A DNA stretch of 64,000 bases, from positions 89,652,001 to 89,716,000 of the forward strand of contig NW_026262734.1 in the NCBI RefSeq assembly GCF_021869535.1. Direction: 5' to 3'. The notes beneath the pieces are model-generated. The model ran no database searches. It saw only the letters and a list, made by a program, of their open reading frames with translations, and was not told where the DNA came from. Of this stretch, positions 53,014-61,800 are shown piece after piece (the first letter of the stretch is position 1; every line of letters begins with the position of its first letter). This stretch comes from Mytilus californianus (lineage: Eukaryota). A program made the translations under genes and the position numbers.

Positions 53014-56000
53014 ATGGAGGCAAAAAAGGATAAAATTTTATCCAAGCGAGAAGATTCATATAAACTTGTTTTGACAAAAGAATATAAACATAAAGCAAGT
53101 ATTTATGTATTTAATTATAAAATTAGTCTAAAGGATGAAAAACAAGAAACATTTACAAATGCTTTTGACCACATGGTAGACTATTCCATAAAAGATTACC
53201 CTAATGGAAGAATTAAAATAGTACCTATTCATGAAATCATAATTACTAAACATAAAAGCTGGCCTATAAGAACATATAATACAGTTAAAAAGTTATTCAT
53301 GGATCAAATGGAAAGATTATTAAATAGTGCTGAAGAATTAAATTTAGAAGAAGTTATTTTTGAAGTTACTATTATACCCAATAAAAGAGGAAAAGGTAAA
53401 GCTTTAAAAATATTAGATGTCATAAATAAAAGAAGTATTATCAAAATAAAAAATGATGATACAATATGTTTATCAAGGGCAATTGTAACTTTTTTGGCTT
53501 CAAATAAGTTATTAAAAGATTTTACAGATTCACAATTAAAACACATTAAAGAGGGTAGACCATTACAAAAAAGAGTTGCTGAAGATTTTCATGAACAATC
53601 AGGAGTAGAAATAAAAGAAGAAGGAAATGATTTGGAAGATTTAAAAGCTTTTGAAAATTATTTTAATATTAGGATAATTGTTTTTACATCAAATAGTACA
53701 GAATATATTTTTTATGGTGGTAATGAAGAATATAATGAACAAATATATTTATATTATCATGATGAACACTTTGACACTATAACAAATATAACAGGATTTT
53801 TAGCTAAACGTAGGTTTTGTAAAGTATGTTTAATTGGTTATACTGAACAACATACATGCAAAGATAATACAGTAACAACTATCAGAAAACAACATATTTG
53901 TGATAAATGTAACAAAACATATACAGGTAAAAATCACAAATGTGGTGAAAAAATATGTTTAATATGTTATGAAAAATACACGGAAAGTAATGAAGAACAC
54001 TTATGTTATATGAAACCATCAGTACCAAAACAAGTAAAAAATAATAAATATATATATTTTGATTTTGAAGCAAATCAAGAAACAGGAATACATATAATGA
54101 ATTTTTGTATAGCTTACGATTTAGAAAATATTTATTGTTTTAAAAATAACTATGTAAAAGTATTTAAATGTGATTTCAATATTGATAATTTAAACTTGTT
54201 AGAATTAGACATAGATGATTGTTTTAGTGATGTAGAAAAAATTAAATATGAAACAAATTCTGTAATAGACAACTTTTGTAAATATTTCATAAGAGATAAA
54301 TTTAAAGACTACACTTTTATTTCACATTATGGAAAAGGTTATGATATGCAACCGATTTTAGGATACATTGTTAAAAATAAAATTGAACATAACATAATTT
54401 CTTCTGGACTAAAATTAACAGCTATATTTATTAAAGGAATAAATTTAAGATTCATAGATTCTATAAATTTTACATTATGTGGATTAGCTGCTTTCCCAAA
54501 AACATTTGGATTTGTGGGTAACAAAGGTTATTTTCCACATTATTTTAATACAACAGAGAATCAAAAATATGAGGGAATTTATCCTGATAAAGAATATTTT
54601 GGTTATAATACTATGACAATTAAAAATAAAGAATTATTTGATGAATGGTATAATAAAGTTAAAGAAAAAGAATTTAAATTCTATAAAGAAATATTTTATT
54701 ACTGTCTATTGGATGTTTTAATTCTTGCCAAAGGTTGTACCTTATATAGAAAATTATTTTTAAATATAACCAATAATTGTATCGATCCATTTCAATATAT
54801 TACAATTGCTCAATGTTGTACAAAAATATTTAAAACATTAATGTTGACAAATGAAACAATTGGAATTCACAAAAAGATGACAATTAAAGAAGTACATTCA
54901 CAAAAATCAATACAATGGTTAGAGTATATTTCTTTAGAATATAATATAATGATTCAACATGCTAAAAGGGGAGGTGAAAAGAAATTATTCATTAATAATA
55001 AATGTTATAAAGTCGATGGTTATTATTATGATAGAGAAAATAAAATGCGTAATGTTTATGAATTTTTTGGATGTTATTGGCATGGATGTACAAAATGTTA
55101 TAGTCCTGAAGAAATATGTAAAAAAGATAGAAATAAAAAAACTATGAAAGAGTTATATGACCAAACTGAAGAAAGACTTAAAACTATTGAAGATTATCTA
55201 AAACCAAATGTAAAAATTCATACAATATGGGAATGTGAGTTTGATCAACAAAAATATCCTGAAGTTGATCCACATTTAAAACCTATTGATAAAAGAGATG
55301 CATTTTATGGAGGAAGAACAGAAACTATTCAATTATACAATAATCTTTCTGATTTAAAAGGTAGATATGTAGATTTTTGTTCTCTGTATCCATCAGTAAA
55401 TAAATATTGTAAATATCCTATAGGGCATCCTATTACATCTACAGAAATATCTGTAGATGATTATATAAAAAATAATTATTTCGGAATAATGAAATGTAAA
55501 ATATTACCACCTAAAGGATTGTATCACCCTGTTTTACCTTATAAACAATTAACTAGTGATAATACACATAAATTACTTTTTGGATTATGTAGAACATGTA
55601 TGAATAAAATATCTTTTAAATGTAAACACATAGATGATCCTACTTTAAATAAACATGATAAAATACATGAAATAAAAAGATGTAAAGAATGTAAAAATAT
55701 TAAAAATGAAAAATGTATACATTCTGATGAGGAAAGAGTTATAGTAGGTACATGGTCTACAATAGAAATAGATAAAGCAATAGAAAAAGGTTATGAATTA
55801 CAAAAAATATATGAACTAGAACATTTTGAAAAAACATCTACAGATATATTTAAACTTTATGTAGATACGTTTATGAAATATAAACAAGAAGCTTCAGGAT
55901 GTAAATGTGATCCTAAATATTGTAAAAATGATTGTAAAAACGATAAAGAATGTAAAACAAAAATACAATACATTATAGATAATACTGCTTATGATCTAGA

Positions 56001-56772
56001 TATTGACAAAGTTAAGTACAATTCAGGATTAAGATTTATAGCTAAAATATGTTTAAATAATTTATGGGGACATTTTGGTATGAGAGATAATTTTACACAA
56101 AAAGAATATTGTTTTACTTTAGAACATATAACTAAAATAGTATTTAATGAAAAATATAAAGATATAAGTACTATGATATTAGATGAAGATATTGTTTTAA
56201 CAGAATATAAAAATAAAGAAGAATACTCTAAACCTAATCCAAGTGTAAATGTTTATATAGCTTTGTTTACAACAGCACATGCTAGATTAAAATTATACGA
56301 ACTATTGGATATTCTTCAAGAAAGAGTTTTATACATGGATACAGATTCTTGTATTTATAATGATGATGGTTCTGAAGCTTGTAAAAAAATAGAAAGTATG
56401 ATGGGAAATAAATTAGGAGATTTAACAGATGAAATTGTTTCAAAACATAACGCTAATCATATAAAACAATTTATATCTGCTGGTCCAAAAGATTATTCTA
56501 TGAAACTAGATACAGAAAAACTAGTTAGCTGTTGTAAAGGTTTTAGATTAAATGCTGAAGTAGAAAAAAAGATTACATTAGATAAAAAAATAAAAATAGT
56601 TACTGATGAAAATGAAAAATATGAAACTGTTCCATATAATAATATAAAAATAGGAAAAGATCATCAACTTAAAACAGTTAAACAAGTTAAAGCTTATGAT
56701 TATATGTTTGATAAAAGAATGGTATATTGTGAAAATGAAAATTTAATTAGAAGTTTTCCTTATGGATATTAA
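53014..56772 (+). CDS. pPolB: Protein-primed family B DNA polymerase (1252 aa): terminal-protein region, OTU-like protease, Zn fingers, 3'-5' exonuclease, inserted Vsr-like nuclease, polymerase
   Basis: DDTICLSRA/EHFD (OTU Cys/His); YFDFE, HYGKGYD, YCLLDV (exonuclease); VDG..YEFFGCYWHGC..WECEF (Vsr-like); YVDFCSLYP, KICLNNLWGHFG, YMDTDS (polymerase). Confidence 0.96.
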   Translation: MEAKKDKILSKREDSYKLVLTKEYKHKASIYVFNYKISLKDEKQETFTNAFDHMVDYSIKDYPNGRIKIVPIHEIIITKHKSWPIRTYNTVKKLFMDQMERLLNSAEELNLEEVIFEVTIIPNKRGKGKALKILDVINKRSIIKIKNDDTICLSRAIVTFLASNKLLKDFTDSQLKHIKEGRPLQKRVAEDFHEQSGVEIKEEGNDLEDLKAFENYFNIRIIVFTSNSTEYIFYGGNEEYNEQIYLYYHDEHFDTITNITGFLAKRRFCKVCLIGYTEQHTCKDNTVTTIRKQHICDKCNKTYTGKNHKCGEKICLICYEKYTESNEEHLCYMKPSVPKQVKNNKYIYFDFEANQETGIHIMNFCIAYDLENIYCFKNNYVKVFKCDFNIDNLNLLELDIDDCFSDVEKIKYETNSVIDNFCKYFIRDKFKDYTFISHYGKGYDMQPILGYIVKNKIEHNIISSGLKLTAIFIKGINLRFIDSINFTLCGLAAFPKTFGFVGNKGYFPHYFNTTENQKYEGIYPDKEYFGYNTMTIKNKELFDEWYNKVKEKEFKFYKEIFYYCLLDVLILAKGCTLYRKLFLNITNNCIDPFQYITIAQCCTKIFKTLMLTNETIGIHKKMTIKEVHSQKSIQWLEYISLEYNIMIQHAKRGGEKKLFINNKCYKVDGYYYDRENKMRNVYEFFGCYWHGCTKCYSPEEICKKDRNKKTMKELYDQTEERLKTIEDYLKPNVKIHTIWECEFDQQKYPEVDPHLKPIDKRDAFYGGRTETIQLYNNLSDLKGRYVDFCSLYPSVNKYCKYPIGHPITSTEISVDDYIKNNYFGIMKCKILPPKGLYHPVLPYKQLTSDNTHKLLFGLCRTCMNKISFKCKHIDDPTLNKHDKIHEIKRCKECKNIKNEKCIHSDEERVIVGTWSTIEIDKAIEKGYELQKIYELEHFEKTSTDIFKLYVDTFMKYKQEASGCKCDPKYCKNDCKNDKECKTKIQYIIDNTAYDLDIDKVKYNSGLRFIAKICLNNLWGHFGMRDNFTQKEYCFTLEHITKIVFNEKYKDISTMILDEDIVLTEYKNKEEYSKPNPSVNVYIALFTTAHARLKLYELLDILQERVLYMDTDSCIYNDDGSEACKKIESMMGNKLGDLTDEIVSKHNANHIKQFISAGPKDYSMKLDTEKLVSCCKGFRLNAEVEKKITLDKKIKIVTDENEKYETVPYNNIKIGKDHQLKTVKQVKAYDYMFDKRMVYCENENLIRSFPYGY

Positions 56773-56818
56773 AAAATATATAATTTAAATTTTTATTTTA
56801 AAAAATAGAAGACTAAAA

Positions 56819-57067
56819 ATGATTGAAGCTTATACTGAAAAAGATGATCCTTATGCTAAAGTTATATTAGGAAGAATAAAATTATCAAATTATCAGATAT
56901 GTTGTTTAAGAGATGATGGAGAATGTCCTTTAACTTCAAAACAAATGGAAGTAATGGAAAAGTTTGAAGGTAAAAAGTTATCTAAGTTTCCTCCTGGTTG
57001 GGATGCTTTTATTAGACCAGATAAAGTTTATGAATTTGTTTTTGAAGAACCATGTCCTGAAATTTAA
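56819..57067 (+). CDS. Polinton hypothetical protein (82 aa)
   Basis: Packed immediately after pPolB and starts with the shared TAAAAATG motif. Confidence 0.6.
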   Translation: MIEAYTEKDDPYAKVILGRIKLSNYQICCLRDDGECPLTSKQMEVMEKFEGKKLSKFPPGWDAFIRPDKVYEFVFEEPCPEI

Positions 57068-57102
57068 TTTTTTATTTTATTTTATTATTTCTCTATACCC
57101 CT

Positions 57103-57159
57103 AAAAACAGAAAAAGTACAGGAATAGTACATACTTTTTTCTGCAATTTTGCTGTTTTT
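57103..57159. terminator. AT-rich hairpin between convergent Polinton genes
   Basis: cagaaaaagta (57108-57118) pairs with tacttttttctg (57132-57143); outer aaaaacag/ctgttttt. Confidence 0.35.
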
Positions 57160-57252
57160 ACCAGGAAAAGTACAGAAATTAGGGACTCTAATTTTTATCA
57201 ATTTTTTCTTATTTTTCCAATTTTTCATACAAACGTAAATTGTATTTATTTT

Positions 57253-57672
57253 TTATTTTAATTTCCAAACAATAAAACCAGTTAATGTCATACCACCAAC
57301 AACAAATGCAATCTCTCTATTTTTCTGGTCTTCTGATGGAGTATAAAAATCACTTAATGTAGGTTTAGGTGATAATGAAGTTAATTTTTTATTCGTGACA
57401 CGATAGTATAGTTTCATTGCTTGGTCAACATCATCAAAAGTCTGAACCGCATGATGTTCCTTTTGTAATTGTTCATTTATAAAATCTAATCTTTGTATTC
57501 TTTTTTTATTCCATTCTGATTGTGCTTTTTCTAATTTTTCTATAGCTTTATCATGTCTTATTTTCTCTTCATTTGCATTACTACCCATATGTGAAAATAA
57601 ATAATTACTCCCTGAAAATGCAAAAGCATTTGTTATTGCCCCACCAAGCATCATTGTTAAAGCACTTGCCAT
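57253..57672 (-). CDS. Polinton protein (139 aa): hydrophobic N-terminus, coiled coil, C-terminal TM helix
   Basis: MASALTMMLGGAITNAFAF...; IAFVVGGMTLTGFIVW. Confidence 0.75.
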   Translation of the reverse strand: MASALTMMLGGAITNAFAFSGSNYLFSHMGSNANEEKIRHDKAIEKLEKAQSEWNKKRIQRLDFINEQLQKEHHAVQTFDDVDQAMKLYYRVTNKKLTSLSPKPTLSDFYTPSEDQKNREIAFVVGGMTLTGFIVWKLK

Positions 57673-57688
57673 TTTATAAAAACAAAAA

Positions 57689-57925
57689 TTACTTCATAAT
57701 ATCAGCAGGTATAATACCTTGCTTAATCAACATATCTTTTGTTGCTATCGCAAGTAATATATCAATGGATAACATTACAACATCATTCATATTAAAATCC
57801 ACTTTTGGTGCTGGCCTCCTTAATACCTTTTTACCTATTTCTGCATATCCAACTGTTAACAATGTTTCCACTCCAGCATGATATAACATATTTGCTATTT
57901 GTTTTCCGTCTTTTTGAGTTGTCAT
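57689..57925 (-). CDS. Small hydrophobic/amphipathic Polinton protein (78 aa)
   Basis: Tightly packed ORF with a TAAAATG start; VVMLSIDILLAIA. Confidence 0.7.
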   Translation of the reverse strand: MTTQKDGKQIANMLYHAGVETLLTVGYAEIGKKVLRRPAPKVDFNMNDVVMLSIDILLAIATKDMLIKQGIIPADIMK

Positions 57926-57940
57926 TTTAATGTACTAAAT

Positions 57941-58339
57941 TTAATTAAATTCAAAAGGATCAATTTCTTTCTTTTGTTTTTCTGGTTTTGTTATTTCTTT
58001 AATCATTCTTTCTGGTTTCTTACTTTGGTTGTAAAAAAACAATCCCAATCCAACAATACTTATAGGAAAAAGTACAAATTTGTAATCAACTAGGGAACTG
58101 GAGTGTTTCTTGACAGAAGGGATATGTTCGTTTGATTCATAATCTGTTTCTGTATCAGAATCTTTTGTTATTTGTTTGATTTTTGAATTTTCTTTTTTTA
58201 ATTTTTCCACTTCTTTTTTTCTCAATTCTGCATTTCTTATTCTTACTTCTGCACCTTTCTTACCAGCAGCTACTCTTTTTGGGTCTTTTGGTTTGGGTTT
58301 TTTAAATACTTCTTTTTGTTCAGGATTTTCATTCATCAT
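57941..58339 (-). CDS. Basic Polinton protein (132 aa) with a KPKDPKRVAAGKK motif and a TM helix
   Basis: Lys-rich N-terminus; FVLFPISIVGLGLFFY. Confidence 0.72.
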   Translation of the reverse strand: MMNENPEQKEVFKKPKPKDPKRVAAGKKGAEVRIRNAELRKKEVEKLKKENSKIKQITKDSDTETDYESNEHIPSVKKHSSSLVDYKFVLFPISIVGLGLFFYNQSKKPERMIKEITKPEKQKKEIDPFEFN

Positions 58340-58967
58340 TTTTTATGTCATTATTTTCATCTTTTTTTCGGAAATCGAGCGAAGCGAATGGTTCAATATG
58401 TCTTGCTGTTGTTAATATTGCAGTAAAAGGAGCAAGATACATTCCATATCTATAGTACAGTTCACAACATGTATTAGTTAAAGCATTATTGATAAAAGGA
58501 TCTTCCTCTAAGTCTTGTATTAAAATTGGTGGATTAACAACTTTGAAAAACTTTGATACACCCATGACATATAAATTTATAAAAGAGTTTCCTAATGTCT
58601 TGGTCATACTAGCTCCCAATCTTGCTTCATATTTACAGTATAGTTTGTTTATTTGTTCTGTTGTCATTTTATCAATATCTGACAGTTGTAATTCTTTACC
58701 CAGATATTGTTTACTACTCCCACCAGCAACAACGGATGATAATCTTTCGCGTTTTTTTTCTTGAAGGGAACCGTTCACTTCGCTCGCTTCATCATCAATA
58801 TTTATGTTTTCCACAATTTGCTCGCTTAATAATTCTTCAGCATTCATTTTATACGTTTCAAAAAACGGATATAATTTATTTTTAACTTTAAAAAAATTAA
58901 ATACAACATATCCAACCAATGATAAGACTGCAGTGTTTGTTGCAATTGTTAGTATTTCCAACAGCAT
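58329..58967 (-). CDS. Polinton protein (212 aa) with an N-terminal TM/signal anchor
   Basis: ILTIATNTAVLSLVGYVVFNFF; overlaps the next ORF by 11 nt. Confidence 0.75.
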   Translation of the reverse strand: MLLEILTIATNTAVLSLVGYVVFNFFKVKNKLYPFFETYKMNAEELLSEQIVENINIDDEASEVNGSLQEKKRERLSSVVAGGSSKQYLGKELQLSDIDKMTTEQINKLYCKYEARLGASMTKTLGNSFINLYVMGVSKFFKVVNPPILIQDLEEDPFINNALTNTCCELYYRYGMYLAPFTAILTTARHIEPFASLDFRKKDENNDIKNDE

Positions 58968-58980
58968 TGCTTTTTTTTAT

Positions 58981-59246
58981 TGCTTATTTTGGTTAAATTA
59001 CTTAAGAATTACTTATTTTGGTTAAATTACTTAAGAATTACTTAAGCATTACTTAAGCATTATTTTGCTTATTTTGGTTAAATTACTTAAGAATTACTTA
59101 TTTTGGTTAAATTACTTAAGAATTACTTAAGCATTACTTAAGCATTATTTTGCTTATTTTGGTTAAATTACTTAAGAATTACTTATTTTGGTTAAATTAC
59201 TTAAGAATTACTTAAGCATTACTTAAGCATTACTTAAGCATTACTT
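58981..59246. repeat. Higher-order tandem array: ~3 x 85 bp built from 29-bp and 11-bp subunits with 13 CTTAAG palindromes
   Basis: The unit start tgcttattttgg recurs at 58981, 59066 and 59151. Confidence 0.92.
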
Positions 59247-59263
59247 GAGAATTGCTAAAAAAA

Positions 59264-59962
59264 TTAATCAAGTAACCAATAATCAGTAGGTTGATCTGTC
59301 TTTAATATTAATTTACGATGTTTCTTTTTTTTAAGTTCTTCCTTTATTCTTTGTCTTTCTTCCAAAGTAGGAATAACATCATTTTCTCTTAGGCAATTAT
59401 CAAAACTATCTCTATCTTTTGTGTAGAACATGCATAACCATTTTGTTTGTTCTCTTAAATCTTTTAAAACAGAGTTGTATCTCTGTGAAATGACCCACAC
59501 TGATTGTTCCGCATGTCTTCCTGAAAATGCAAGCTCGGACAGCATATCTTTTTTCTTTGTTAGTTCTTTTGTTGCACTGCAGTCATCAATGATATATAAT
59601 GTTGGATGACCAGCATATTTTTTAAAGAACATTCTTAGTAGTTCTTGTAGCTTCTCTTCTTCATAAAGGGAACCGTTCGCTTCTCTCACTTCAACAATAG
59701 GATTAACAATTATTAGATTTTTTGTTTTTGGTTTTCTAACATCACCAATCCACCCACGATTTTTGTATGCTTTGTTCCATTGGATGGTTGGACAAAGTAT
59801 GACTATATATTTGAAAACTCCACTATATTCTTCTTCTAATAAATCAAGAACAAACTCTGTTTTTCCACATCCTGTTTGTCCACATATAATAGCACAATGG
59901 GGATATTTTGGTAATTCATAAAGGGAATCGGAGTGTATCTCGCTCCGCTCGTTTGTTTCCAT
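59264..59962 (-). CDS. ATP: A32-like (FtsK-HerA) genome-packaging ATPase (232 aa)
   Basis: Walker A GQTGCGKT, Walker B LYIIDD, and GRH and ISQ motifs. Confidence 0.92.
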   Translation of the reverse strand: METNERSEIHSDSLYELPKYPHCAIICGQTGCGKTEFVLDLLEEEYSGVFKYIVILCPTIQWNKAYKNRGWIGDVRKPKTKNLIIVNPIVEVREANGSLYEEEKLQELLRMFFKKYAGHPTLYIIDDCSATKELTKKKDMLSELAFSGRHAEQSVWVISQRYNSVLKDLREQTKWLCMFYTKDRDSFDNCLRENDVIPTLEERQRIKEELKKKKHRKLILKTDQPTDYWLLD

Positions 59963-59978
59963 TTTTTAAGGGGAACCG

Positions 59979-61244
59979 CTAGTAATTAACTTCTTTAAAT
60001 CTTCCATCTTCAAAATTAATTTGTGCATCTTGTATAACAAACAGATAAACATTTATTAATTTATTTGCTCCTGCTGTTTTAGTTATTTGGATAGTAATAC
60101 CTTCAGAAGCATTTTCAATTCTTCTACCTGAACCGTGTAATGAGTTGTCATCTGTTGAACGTAAATCTAACCATAATGCATAATTAGTTGTAAGATATTT
60201 TTCTAATGTTGTATAGGATAAATTTAAATCCTTTAAAACTTCTTCTGTTGTTTTATTTCTTTTTGAATTTAAAGCAAAGAATTTATTTATTTCATCCCAT
60301 TGTTGATATGCTTTCATTCCTTGACTGTATAGTTGATTTGGAACACCTTCTATTGTCATTTCTACTTTTGTTATGTTAGGATTATAATAAGTTTCGGTAC
60401 TTGTTCTTTCAGGATCTTCGAACAACATTAGAATTCCTTTCATACTTCTAGCTGGAACATTTAAATTTATATTCCACAATGTATCAGATTTGTTTTTGGT
60501 TATTTTTCTATGTCTTAGTATTCTATCGTACAAAATAACCATCTTACCATTAACTTGTTGTCTTATCTGTCTTGCTAATTCTGCATCAGTAACCATATCA
60601 AATTCTAAACAAATGTTTTTGATTGTATAACTTGCAGATGTATCTGTTGATTTAATAACATTGCTATAATTATTAAATGTAAGTTCATATTCAAGTCTAT
60701 CACCAAGACCTGCTTGATAAAAAGGCATATGAGTTTCTAATAGTTCAAAATCAAGTGGGATACAAAATCTTGCACCATATGCAGTTGCAATTGCTTCATC
60801 ACCTATGTCTGATGCTTTATTATCTGCACCAACTCTGTGTTTTAACATGTTTGTTTCACCAATTCCTTGGTATGCCATATTTAAACGTTCAGATGTAGAT
60901 TTCCATAAATCAACATAACAATGATAAATATCACTATCATCAATTGACATAATTTCATTTCCACTTATACGAATTGTTGTTTTTTTAACTATTGTTCTTC
61001 CTATGTTTTGATATATAGTTGCATTGTCGTCTGTAGATGTAAGTTCTATTTCAAATGCCAATCTGGTTGTTCCAGGAACAATAACATCATTATTGCTTAG
61101 ATTGGGGAATCTCACTAATAGCTGTTGATTTTGATCAATAGTTGAAGGATTATTTGTTATTGATACACTTTGACGAATACCTTTCACACCACGGGGTTCT
61201 CTTATTTTTCTGTAAGGATTTAATTTGTTTCCGTATGCCGACAT
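59979..61244 (-). CDS. MCP: Putative double jelly-roll major capsid protein (421 aa)
   Basis: Size, beta-strand-rich periodicity (LAFEIEL, IRISGNEI, FCIPL, LEYELTF, LWLDLR, LFVIQDA) and position between the ATPase and the penton. Confidence 0.8.
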   Translation of the reverse strand: MSAYGNKLNPYRKIREPRGVKGIRQSVSITNNPSTIDQNQQLLVRFPNLSNNDVIVPGTTRLAFEIELTSTDDNATIYQNIGRTIVKKTTIRISGNEIMSIDDSDIYHCYVDLWKSTSERLNMAYQGIGETNMLKHRVGADNKASDIGDEAIATAYGARFCIPLDFELLETHMPFYQAGLGDRLEYELTFNNYSNVIKSTDTSASYTIKNICLEFDMVTDAELARQIRQQVNGKMVILYDRILRHRKITKNKSDTLWNINLNVPARSMKGILMLFEDPERTSTETYYNPNITKVEMTIEGVPNQLYSQGMKAYQQWDEINKFFALNSKRNKTTEEVLKDLNLSYTTLEKYLTTNYALWLDLRSTDDNSLHGSGRRIENASEGITIQITKTAGANKLINVYLFVIQDAQINFEDGRFKEVNY

Positions 61245-61262
61245 TTTTAAGGATTAAATTTG

Positions 61263-61787
61263 TTATAAAAATAATTCAATTATCACTGATACTAGAGTAT
61301 TGATACATGTATAATTATTAGTCATACTAATAAAACTTATTAAATCTCCAGCCTTAACTTCAAAAGGTGTATAAAAGTTATTAAAACCGTGTGTGACACC
61401 CTTATCCAAACTCATTTTGTAAATAGTTGACTTATCATTAACAATCATCTTAATGGCTATAATATCTGTGCTTGTTCTTAAACTTACTAAACTAATACCC
61501 AATATTTGTCCTGGAAAGTTCATTACATAATAACCACCACCAACACCAAAATTAAACTTTTTATTTCCATGTATTGGACCATCAATTCCAGCATATATAC
61601 TTATTATTTTTCTGTCTGGTTTATTTTTAATATTATCAACTATATTTTCAACATTTAAAACTCTGATGCTTAGGGCAGCGACACTCCGATGTAAATTTTT
61701 ATCCTTAGTATCCATTGTTTGAAGCTCACTCTTCATATTTAATATTTCTTTTTCTACGTTTTTTTTTTTGACACCAAGTATGCTCAT
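61263..61787 (-). CDS. Putative spike/fiber protein (174 aa): coiled coil + C-terminal beta-sandwich
   Basis: Heptad-rich N-terminal ~55 aa, followed by alternating hydrophobic beta strands. Confidence 0.55.
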   Translation of the reverse strand: MSILGVKKKNVEKEILNMKSELQTMDTKDKNLHRSVAALSIRVLNVENIVDNIKNKPDRKIISIYAGIDGPIHGNKKFNFGVGGGYYVMNFPGQILGISLVSLRTSTDIIAIKMIVNDKSTIYKMSLDKGVTHGFNNFYTPFEVKAGDLISFISMTNNYTCINTLVSVIIELFL

Positions 61788-61800
61788 TTTATTAAATAAA

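Noticed and set aside
51649-59246. CRISPR-like interpretation of the 44-bp repeats and the 85-bp array (also 25150-25470)
   Set aside because: No series of unique spacers and no cas genes; the context is eukaryotic.
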